Assembly (NCBI GenBank): GCA_934167665.1
Contig: CAKPLN010000002.1
Coordinates: 232,107 to 296,106, forward strand
Length of the DNA stretch: 64,000 nt
From: an uncultured Bacilli bacterium
GTDB lineage: Bacteria; Bacillota_I; Bacilli_A; RF39; UBA660
Direction of reading: 5' to 3'
Below, piece by piece: positions 48,419-56,534 of this stretch. Position 1 is the first letter of the stretch, and each line of letters starts with the position of its first letter. The position numbers were made by a program, and so were the translations under genes. The notes beneath the pieces are model-generated. The model ran no database searches and was not told the DNA's origin. It saw only the letters and a program-made list of their open reading frames with translations.

Positions 48419-48469
48419 AATTTTTTCTACTTTTTATTATGAATTGTGTATTGATAATACACTTTTTTT
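48415..48469 (+). terminator. two consecutive terminator hairpins upstream of the T7SS locus
   Basis: GTAGAA-tttt-TTCTAC plus T5 at 48415-48436. GTGTAT-tgata-ATACAC plus T7 at 48446-48469. Confidence 0.6.
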
Positions 48470-48568
48470 ATTTTTAATAATTATTAATATTCTGTATTGA
48501 TTTTACTAACTTTATGGACTTTATTTTTTAAATCTGTTATTATATTAATATAATAGGTGGGATGTAAC

Positions 48569-51500
48569 ATGAGACTTTATATTCAGGAAAAAAGTAATTT
48601 GTTAAAATATAATTTACCAGCAAAAGTTGATGGATCTTTACTTTTTACGTATAAATCTTTGGATAATGACATGGAATACTCTATTAATATTGATTCTCTT
48701 GATGGAACTTGGTTTTTAAAGAGTAATGGAAGTATCAATGTTATTGGTAGTAACGGAATAGTTTCTGATATGCAACTGCATGATTATATGTGTGTACCTG
48801 TTTCAGCTGTTTTAAGAAATGGTTATACTTGTATATTTTGCTTACCTTCAATTGAAACATCTTCATCTTCTTTTTCTGTTGAGAATGTCTCTCAAATAAC
48901 AATTGGACGTTCAGCAGATAATAATATTGTTTATGATCAAAATATGATGTTTCCTAAACATGCTGTTATTTTTAAAAATGAAAGCGATGGTAAATGGTAT
49001 GTTTCAACGGTCGTTTCGGATGAAAATTGCTATTTATATTTAAATACTGATAGAGTTTTACAACCAACACTTTTATCAGTTGGAGATGTTCTTTTTGCTA
49101 ATGGATTAAGACTTGTTTGGATGGGTAGTTTTTTCAAACTATTTATGGATAAGCAGTTATATAAATGCAATGGTCTTAATTATTCTTCTAGTAATGTTGT
49201 AGTAAATAATGAAGGATATACTGAAGTTAGTGAAGCTGAGGCTAATATCGATTTATATAAGAGTGATGAGTACTTTTCTCATACACCTAGAATTAGGTGT
49301 GTACTTGAGAAGGAAAGTATTTCTATTGAACCACCACCTAATAAGTTTTTAAAAGATGATGAGTTGCCATTTATACTTAGCATAGGTACTAGTTTAACTA
49401 TGGTTGGTATGGCATCTATGAATGCATATAATATATATTCTTCTGTTAATAATGAAGGTGCTACTTTAATTTCCCAATTGCCTGGTATTGTAACTTGTTC
49501 TACGATGGTAATTAGTTCATTACTTATACCTTTATTAACAAAGAGATGGAATAAAAAATTACTTATAAAAAAAGAAAATAATAGACAGTTAAAATATGAT
49601 GAGTATTTGAAAAAGAAAGAGAAAGAAATTCAAATAGTACTTGAAAAGCAACGGCAAATTATTTATGAAAATTATGGTAGTATTAATGATTGCCAAAATA
49701 TAGTTATTAATAAAACAAGAATGCTTTGGTCTAGGAAAATAAGTGATGAAGATTTTATAGATGTACGACTTGGTATTGGTAGTAGACCTTCTTATATTGA
49801 AATTAATGCTCCTGAAGAGAAGTTTTCTTTAGAGGATGATACTTTATATGATGCTGTTTGTGCTATTAAAGATAGATACAAAAGACTACAGAATATTCCT
49901 ATAACTTTTAGTTTAAAAGATGATCCAGTGTCTGCTTTTATATTGGTTAGTAAATTTAATGATGCTTTTATTGATTGTATAATGTTACAATTAGCAACAT
50001 ATCATAGTCCTGTTGATTTAAAAATAGTAGTAGTTACTAATGAAGAAAATAAAAAGAAATGGGATTATGTTAGATATCTTCCACATTGTTGGAGTGATGA
50101 TAAACAAGTTAGATATTTTGCTACTAACCCAGAGGATTTGAAAACTATATGTCAGTTATTGGATGAGGAATATAGTACTAGAAAAGCTAAAAAAGAGGAA
50201 CGTGAAGCTGAACAACAGGAAAAATCAAAAGAAAAGGTAGAAGAGAGAGCTTTATATGACTCTTATTACTTAATTATTACTGATAATTATCAAATGTTAA
50301 AGGGCTTTAAATTTACTAATGATTTATTGGATACACAATTTAATTATGGTTTTTCTATGCTTATAATAGAAAATGAAATGAAACATTTACCTAAAGAATG
50401 TCAAAAGTTTGTGTGTATAAATGATAGTGAGTCTGGAGTGTTCTCGGAAAAAATTAAAGAAAATGAAATGATTCAGTTCAATGCTGAATATGAAAACCTA
50501 GATATGCGTTTCATTTGTAATTTATTAGCAAATATTCCTATATCTTTAAAAGATACTGCTAGTCAATTACCTAATATGCTTCCATTCTTGGAAATGTATA
50601 ATGTTGGTAAAGTAGAGCAATTAAATATTAGAAATAGATGGGCTACTAGTGATCCAATATCTTCATTACAGGCTCCTGTTGGTGTTCATAAAAATGGAGA
50701 TTTATTTAAGCTTGATTTACATGAAAAATATGATGGACCACATGGATTGATTGCTGGTTCTACTGGTTCTGGTAAATCAGAGTTTATTATTACTTATATT
50801 TTATCTATGGCTATTAATTATGATCCGGAGGAAGTCCAATTTGTTTTGATTGACTATAAAGGTGGAGGCTTAGCTGGAGCTTTTGAAAATAGAGAACAAA
50901 ATATTTTCATTCCTCATTTAGTTGGTACTATCACAAACTTGGATGTTTCTGAAATGAATAGAACACTGGTATCTATTGAAAGTGAACTTAAGAGAAGACA
51001 GCAAAAATTTAACGAATGGCGTGAAAAAACTGGCGAAAGTACTATGGATATTTATAAATATCAGAGACTTTATAGAGCGGGTATTATAAAGGAACCTATA
51101 TCACATTTATTTATAATTTCTGATGAGTTTGCTGAGTTAAAATCTCAACAACCTGAATTTATGAATCAACTTATTTCAACAGCTAGAATTGGTCGTTCCT
51201 TAGGAGTGCATCTTATTCTTGCTACACAGAAACCATCTGGAGTAGTTAATGATCAAATCTGGTCTAACTCTAAATTTAAGGTTTGTTTAAAGGTTCAAAG
51301 TAGAGCTGATAGTATGGAAATGTTGAAAAGACCAGAAGCTGCTAGTATTAAAGAAACTGGTAGATTCTATTTGCAAGTTGGATATGATGAATATTTTGAT
51401 ATTGGTCAATCTGCTTGGTCTGGTGAAAAATATAAACCGGTTGAAAGAATCGTAAAGAAAAATGATACTTCTATTGTTTTTGTTAATGATGTTGGCGAAA

Positions 51501-53203
51501 TTATTAAGCGCTTTGATGATGTGGTAAAGCAAGATCAAGAACAAAAAAGTTATGGAGATCAATTAACTAATGTTGTTAAGTATTTACAAAAAATTGCAGT
51601 TGATGACAAACGTGTTTTAAAAAAGCTATGGTTACCTTCTTTGGAAAAAACTATTATGCGTGCTGATTTGATAAAGAAATATAATTTTTCTTATGATGAT
51701 GGATATGGAACTGTGATTGGCGAATATGATGCACCTTGGTCTCAAAAACAAGGCATTATATGTTTGGATTTGCTAAAACAAGGTAATCTATTAATATATG
51801 GTCAACCTGGTTCTGGAAAGGATAATATAATATCAACTATTATATATGATTTGTCTTTACGAAAGTCTCCAGATGATATTAATTTTTACATAGGCGATTT
51901 TGGTGCAGAAACATTAAGAACATTTAAAAAAATTCCACAAGTTGGTGATGTATTTACAATTGATGATTTTGATAAAATTCAAAATTTAATTAAGATGTTG
52001 GATAAAGAACTTGATAGAAGAAAGAAAACTTACGCTGACTATGGTGGTAGTTATGAAGAGTATTATAAATTGACTGGTAATAAAGAGGCAGTTATTGTAA
52101 CAGCACTCAATAATTATGAAAACTTTTTGGAAACTTATCCAAAGTTTTATGATATTTTTACTGGTTTATTTAGAGATGGTGCTAAATATGGTTTATTATT
52201 TATTGTTACTACTACTGTATCTAATGCCGTTAGGTCTAAGGTTGCTCAATGCTTTTACAATAAAATATGTCTTAAAATGTCAAATGATTTTGACTATAGA
52301 GAACTTTTAGGAGCACCTAAAGGAATGGTTCCGGCTGATAATTATGGTAGAGGAGTTATATCTGTTAATGGTGATGATAGTTGTTATGAATTCCAAAGCG
52401 TAATGATTTCACCTAAAGATAATAGAACACAATTCTTGAAAGATGTTTCTTCTGATTTATGTAAATCTTATACTACTAGGGCTAAAAAGATACCTATTTT
52501 ACCTGAGGTTGCTTATGTTGATGATGTATTGTATGAATTAAAGGGATTAAACTGTGTACCTATAGGAATTGAAAAAAATTCTCTTGAAGTTTATGTTTTC
52601 AGTTTTATGGAACTTAAGGTTAATTTAATTGCTGCTAAATCTATAAGAAGTCATGTATACTTTATATATGCTCTTATAAGAGAAATGTTATTAATAGAGA
52701 ATGTTAATGTTATTATTGTTGATGCTTTAAATATATATAGAGGTAAATATGATAATGTTACTTTATATAATGATAATTTAGATGAGGCCTTTGAAAATAT
52801 ATATTATAATGTTCAAAATGATCAATCTTCTACTAAGACAAATGTATATTTTTGTTTAGGTATTAATGAATTTAAAAATAATATTTCTAGTAAATATAGT
52901 GAATACTTTGAAGAGTTATTTAAAGGTGTTAGTAAGTGTTCTAATAATACATTTTTATTCTTTGATGATTCTAATAATTATAAACAATTACAACTTGAAA
53001 AATGGTATAATGAAAATGTCAATAATACGTTTGGTATTTGGCTTGGTGAAGATATTGGAGTTCAAGTTGCTCTTGGGGTTATGTCTTTAACTATTGAGGA
53101 TAAGCAAAATATTTTCCCATGTATAGGTTATCCAATATATCAAGGAAAGCATATGACTATTAAATATGTTGTTGATGGAGTTGATAAAGAAGATGAAGAA
53201 TAA
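48569..53203 (+). CDS. essC: type VII secretion (T7SSb) EssC/YukB-type FtsK/SpoIIIE ATPase
   Basis: N-terminal FHA-like domains (ITIGRSADNNIVYD...), two TM helices and three FtsK-like modules. D1 has Walker A GSTGSGKS at 50755-50778 and Walker B IISDEFAEL. D2 has GQPGSGKD at 51800-51823. D3 has no visible P-loop. Confidence 0.9.
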   Translation: MRLYIQEKSNLLKYNLPAKVDGSLLFTYKSLDNDMEYSINIDSLDGTWFLKSNGSINVIGSNGIVSDMQLHDYMCVPVSAVLRNGYTCIFCLPSIETSSSSFSVENVSQITIGRSADNNIVYDQNMMFPKHAVIFKNESDGKWYVSTVVSDENCYLYLNTDRVLQPTLLSVGDVLFANGLRLVWMGSFFKLFMDKQLYKCNGLNYSSSNVVVNNEGYTEVSEAEANIDLYKSDEYFSHTPRIRCVLEKESISIEPPPNKFLKDDELPFILSIGTSLTMVGMASMNAYNIYSSVNNEGATLISQLPGIVTCSTMVISSLLIPLLTKRWNKKLLIKKENNRQLKYDEYLKKKEKEIQIVLEKQRQIIYENYGSINDCQNIVINKTRMLWSRKISDEDFIDVRLGIGSRPSYIEINAPEEKFSLEDDTLYDAVCAIKDRYKRLQNIPITFSLKDDPVSAFILVSKFNDAFIDCIMLQLATYHSPVDLKIVVVTNEENKKKWDYVRYLPHCWSDDKQVRYFATNPEDLKTICQLLDEEYSTRKAKKEEREAEQQEKSKEKVEERALYDSYYLIITDNYQMLKGFKFTNDLLDTQFNYGFSMLIIENEMKHLPKECQKFVCINDSESGVFSEKIKENEMIQFNAEYENLDMRFICNLLANIPISLKDTASQLPNMLPFLEMYNVGKVEQLNIRNRWATSDPISSLQAPVGVHKNGDLFKLDLHEKYDGPHGLIAGSTGSGKSEFIITYILSMAINYDPEEVQFVLIDYKGGGLAGAFENREQNIFIPHLVGTITNLDVSEMNRTLVSIESELKRRQQKFNEWREKTGESTMDIYKYQRLYRAGIIKEPISHLFIISDEFAELKSQQPEFMNQLISTARIGRSLGVHLILATQKPSGVVNDQIWSNSKFKVCLKVQSRADSMEMLKRPEAASIKETGRFYLQVGYDEYFDIGQSAWSGEKYKPVERIVKKNDTSIVFVNDVGEIIKRFDDVVKQDQEQKSYGDQLTNVVKYLQKIAVDDKRVLKKLWLPSLEKTIMRADLIKKYNFSYDDGYGTVIGEYDAPWSQKQGIICLDLLKQGNLLIYGQPGSGKDNIISTIIYDLSLRKSPDDINFYIGDFGAETLRTFKKIPQVGDVFTIDDFDKIQNLIKMLDKELDRRKKTYADYGGSYEEYYKLTGNKEAVIVTALNNYENFLETYPKFYDIFTGLFRDGAKYGLLFIVTTTVSNAVRSKVAQCFYNKICLKMSNDFDYRELLGAPKGMVPADNYGRGVISVNGDDSCYEFQSVMISPKDNRTQFLKDVSSDLCKSYTTRAKKIPILPEVAYVDDVLYELKGLNCVPIGIEKNSLEVYVFSFMELKVNLIAAKSIRSHVYFIYALIREMLLIENVNVIIVDALNIYRGKYDNVTLYNDNLDEAFENIYYNVQNDQSSTKTNVYFCLGINEFKNNISSKYSEYFEELFKGVSKCSNNTFLFFDDSNNYKQLQLEKWYNENVNNTFGIWLGEDIGVQVALGVMSLTIEDKQNIFPCIGYPIYQGKHMTIKYVVDGVDKEDEE

Positions 53204-53447
53204 GGTTTTAGTAGAATTGGTTGTACCTGCCTTAGAGGTTAAGTATGATGTTTATGTTCCCGTCAATAGAAAAATAGGTAGTGTTGTAGTTTTGCTTACT
53301 AAAGCAATGAGTGAGTTGTCTGGTGGCTATTCTGATAGTATTAAAAACTTTTCTTTATATGATGGCATATCTGGCAATCAGTATTCGCCGGATCAGTTGA
53401 TTAGAAATTCAAATATTAGAAATGGTAGTAAAATAATATTAATGTGA
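53193..53447 (+). CDS. esaB: YukD/EsaB-like ubiquitin-fold protein
   Basis: About 84 aa, overlaps the essC stop. VELVVPALEVKYDVYVPVNRKIGSVV pattern and C-terminal GSKIILM. Confidence 0.65.
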   Translation: MKNKVLVELVVPALEVKYDVYVPVNRKIGSVVVLLTKAMSELSGGYSDSIKNFSLYDGISGNQYSPDQLIRNSNIRNGSKIILM

Positions 53448-53456
53448 GGTGAAAAT

Positions 53457-53783
53457 ATGAGTTTAAGTAGTTTAATTTGGCAACGTGATCAATATGTAAA
53501 GGCAAAAGGGCAGGTGTTAAGAACTGCTTCACATTTGGACTCTGTTCGTTCTAATGTGTCTTCTGCTTTAGGAAAGGAAAATAAGGGATATGCAGTTGAT
53601 GGTAGCTGTACAGATAATGATTTTTTGGGTAAAATTTATACTACTGAGTCTGACTTATCAAGTAAAATAACTGGTGAAGTTGTACCTAGGATAGATAGCA
53701 ATATAAGTAGATTAAATGTACTTATAGCTAGGGAACGTGAACGTCTTGAAGCTCTAAGAAGAGAAGCTGAAAATAGGAGGTAA
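53457..53783 (+). CDS. small helical protein (108 aa), T7SS-associated
   Basis: Tightly packed after esaB. Predicted helical with an RERERLEALRREAENRR tail. No WXG. Confidence 0.55.
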   Translation: MSLSSLIWQRDQYVKAKGQVLRTASHLDSVRSNVSSALGKENKGYAVDGSCTDNDFLGKIYTTESDLSSKITGEVVPRIDSNISRLNVLIARERERLEALRREAENRR

Positions 53784-53785
53784 TT

Positions 53786-54085
53786 ATGGGAAAATTGGGT
53801 ATTGATTCAGAAAAAATCAAATTAGCAGGAGAAAATATTGTTAAAGCTTCTGAAAAACTTAATACTACATTTGATGAAATTTTTGAAAAATTATGTGATG
53901 TTGAGGACTATGATAGTTGGGAAGGTGCTTCTGTTAAAAAATGGATTTCTATTGTATCCTCAGAAAAACAGCAGTATTCTGATTATTCTGTATCTGTTAA
54001 TAATTTTGGAAAGCAATTGATTGAGTATGCTGATAGCATTAATTCAATTGCTTCTGAGACAATTGGAGGTGGCTCATGCCAGTAG
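53786..54085 (+). CDS. WXG100-like protein (99 aa)
   Basis: W45-E46-G47 lies mid-protein (nt 53918-53926), flanked by helical segments. The size is typical of the family. Confidence 0.65.
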   Translation: MGKLGIDSEKIKLAGENIVKASEKLNTTFDEIFEKLCDVEDYDSWEGASVKKWISIVSSEKQQYSDYSVSVNNFGKQLIEYADSINSIASETIGGGSCQ

Positions 54086-54378
54086 TTAATTTTGATAGTG
54101 AAACTATAGTTGAGGGGGTTTTGCCTCAAGTTAAAACGTCTTATAATGAAATACAAACCGCTATTGGTATTGCTAATGGTATTAGTTTTCCTGGTGATGA
54201 TTGTGGTTGGAGTGGAGTAAAGTCAAAACTTTCTGATTGTAAGGCTGATACAAAAAAATATATTGATTGGTTATCTGAAAAAAATTTTAAAACTAATGAG
54301 ACAATTATTAATAATGATGAAAATATGGGAAATGTAAAAGTTGGAGAAATTAAAAAACGAGAATTGATTGTAAAATAA
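54076..54378 (+). CDS. WXG100-like protein (100 aa), divergent
   Basis: W45-S46-G47 sits at the same position as in the preceding gene. The start overlaps the preceding stop by 10 nt. Confidence 0.5.
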   Translation: MPVVNFDSETIVEGVLPQVKTSYNEIQTAIGIANGISFPGDDCGWSGVKSKLSDCKADTKKYIDWLSEKNFKTNETIINNDENMGNVKVGEIKKRELIVK

Positions 54379-54460
54379 TGTACACTATTTTAGTTTTTTG
54401 TTGCTAAAAAAATTGAAGTAGCGTATGATGAAATTATGATAAGTGATGGTAGGATGATTT

Positions 54461-54775
54461 ATGAGTACAGGAATCAATGTTCAAAAAATTAATGCTTTGC
54501 GACAAGAGTTACTTGATTATGCAGAAAATGTTAGTGCAATTCTTAACACTATTGAATCAGAGTATGAAAAAGTTAAGAATAGCATTGAGGGCCCTTCTGC
54601 TGAAGTGATTTCTAATAAGTATCTTGATATTGCAAATTATTATGAAACTATTAAAGCTAATATTGTTTCTTATGTTACTGATTTGGGCAATGTAGTATCT
54701 GCTTATGATAATCAGGATCAAGAATTGTCTGAAATTGTTATCAGTGATGCTAATAAAATGGTTGAAGGGAGTTAA
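54461..54775 (+). CDS. WXG100-sized helical protein lacking Trp (104 aa)
   Basis: Helix-turn-helix-like layout with IEGPS at the central turn. Confidence 0.5.
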   Translation: MSTGINVQKINALRQELLDYAENVSAILNTIESEYEKVKNSIEGPSAEVISNKYLDIANYYETIKANIVSYVTDLGNVVSAYDNQDQELSEIVISDANKMVEGS

Positions 54776-54780
54776 TTTTT

Positions 54781-55080
54781 ATGCCAAGTATTGGAGAGCT
54801 TAATTATGGTTATGATGCCGGTGGTGTAGATGCGTATCTTGAAGAAATTAAAGCTAAAGTATTAACAGAGGTTGCTGCTCAACTTGAGGATACTTCTGCT
54901 ATAGAAAGCGCCTGCAATGAAAACTGGGAAGGTATTGCTAAAGAGAATTTTTTAGCAAATTTAAAAACAGATGTTGCACATGTTAAGGAGCAATATCAAG
55001 TTTTATATAATGTTTTGAATGGTGAGATTCAATCTGTTCATGCTGCAATGGCAAACAAAGATGAATCTTTGATTGGTTAG
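54781..55080 (+). CDS. WXG100-like protein (99 aa)
   Basis: Central W49-E50-G51 (NENWEGIAKENF). Confidence 0.65.
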   Translation: MPSIGELNYGYDAGGVDAYLEEIKAKVLTEVAAQLEDTSAIESACNENWEGIAKENFLANLKTDVAHVKEQYQVLYNVLNGEIQSVHAAMANKDESLIG

Positions 55081-55090
55081 GAGGAATAGT

Positions 55091-55537
55091 ATGTCAATTT
55101 CGATGAGTGGAGCAACAGTTGATCAAAGTTCTAGAGATGCTTTATTAGCTAGTACAGTTGATGGTGGTTCAACTGGTGGTGTTAGTGCTAATAAAGGTGG
55201 ACTTTTCGGTTTGGGTGGAGCAAGCGGTGCTGCTTTAGCCGGAGTTACTGCAGAATTTGCAGCTCAAGTTTCTAGTGCTATTGATGATTATTGTACTAAT
55301 GTTGAAAATAAGTTAAATGAGTTAAATGCTGTTGAATCTAATGGTGCTTTTAGAGGTGCTGCTTTAACGGGAGCTTTAAGTAGTTTTATTAATGGTGTTA
55401 AGGAAGTTTCAATGGCGTATTTAGCAAAGTTAAAAGTAGCAGAACAAGAAATAGTTGCAAGTGTTGGAGCTGCTTACGAAGCTCAAGATACAGATCTTGC
55501 TGGTAACTTAAATAGTGATATTGGAACTATTTCATAG
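55091..55537 (+). CDS. Gly/Ala-rich protein with WXG100-sized C-terminal helical domain (149 aa)
   Basis: RBS AGGAGG. The N-terminal 50 aa are G/A/S-rich. F87-R88-G89 sits at the expected turn. Locally higher GC than the surroundings. Confidence 0.55.
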   Translation: MSISMSGATVDQSSRDALLASTVDGGSTGGVSANKGGLFGLGGASGAALAGVTAEFAAQVSSAIDDYCTNVENKLNELNAVESNGAFRGAALTGALSSFINGVKEVSMAYLAKLKVAEQEIVASVGAAYEAQDTDLAGNLNSDIGTIS

Positions 55538-55560
55538 TTTACAGAGTTGTTATTAAAATT

Positions 55561-55586
55561 AAAATTGGGGCAAACCCAATTTTTTG
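55561..55586 (+). terminator. terminator closing the T7SS locus
   Basis: AAAATTGGG-loop-CCCAATTTT followed by a T run. Confidence 0.7.
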
Positions 55587-55602
55587 TTTTATATTTTTAT
55601 AC

Positions 55603-55635
55603 AAAAAAATAGGCTTTTGTTTGAGCCTATTTTTA
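55603..55635 (-). terminator. rpsD terminator (bidirectional)
   Basis: AATAGGCT-tttgtttg-AGCCTATT flanked by A7 and T4 runs. Confidence 0.7.
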
Positions 55636-55639
55636 AATA

Positions 55640-56242
55640 TTACTTGTTATAGAATTCAACGATAAGTGCTTCGTTAATATCAGCATTTAATTCGTTTCTT
55701 TCAGGTAATCTTACATAAGTAGCTTCTTTTTTGTTTTCATCATAAGTAATGAAATCAACACGTTTAGAAACTTTTGCTAAAGATTCTTCAACAACTTTTA
55801 AGTTCTTGTCATCTTCTTTTAGAGAGATAACATCTCCAACTTTAGCACGATATGATGGAATATCAACTTTTTTACCATTAACAGTTACATGTCCATGATT
55901 AACAAGTTGTCTAGCACCACGACGAGTTGAAGCAAAACCAATACGATAAACTAAGTTATCAAGACGAGATTCAAGTAATCTTAAGAAATTAGTACCTTGA
56001 ATTCCTTCCATTTTTTCAGCTTCTACGAAAGTTTTATGAAATTGTCTTTCATTTAAACCATACATAAAGCGAACTTTTTGCTTTTCTTTTAGTTGTGTTC
56101 CATAATCTGATAATTTACCTTTACGTTCATTTCCATGTTGACCAGGACCGTAAGGACGTCTTGCTAATTCTTTACCATTTTCGTTAATTGAAAAACTAAC
56201 ACGACGAGCTTTTTTGTAACTTGGACCAGTGTATCTTGCCAT
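55640..56242 (-). CDS. rpsD: 30S ribosomal protein S4
   Basis: MARYTGPSYKKARR start with RBS AAGGAAGGAG. 200 aa with an S4 domain. Confidence 0.96.
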   Translation of the reverse strand: MARYTGPSYKKARRVSFSINENGKELARRPYGPGQHGNERKGKLSDYGTQLKEKQKVRFMYGLNERQFHKTFVEAEKMEGIQGTNFLRLLESRLDNLVYRIGFASTRRGARQLVNHGHVTVNGKKVDIPSYRAKVGDVISLKEDDKNLKVVEESLAKVSKRVDFITYDENKKEATYVRLPERNELNADINEALIVEFYNK

Positions 56243-56401
56243 AATTTTTTCTCCTTCCTTTGCATTGCAATTCTTGAAATTTGATTTAGCCATATTTTAG
56301 GGAGTTTTTTGTTCACATAAACAGCAATAGTTACTTAGCTTATAGAAAAAACACATTAAAATATTCTAAAATCTGCTGTTTCAAGTTAATTTGCATTTCT
56401 A

Positions 56402-56430
56402 ATTATAGGGGAGTTTTCTAATTATGTCAA
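56402..56430 (-). promoter_or_regulatory. consensus sigma-A promoter for rpsD
   Basis: On the minus strand: TTGACA (56430-56425), a 17-nt spacer, TATAAT (56407-56402). This implies a leader of about 150 nt. Confidence 0.7.
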
Positions 56431-56534
56431 GGACTTTTAAATTGTTGGGCAATAATTATATTAATATTTTTATAAAATTGTGGAAAAATGTCAAATATAT
56501 GTGTTAAAATAGTTTTATCTAGGATAGAGGTGAT

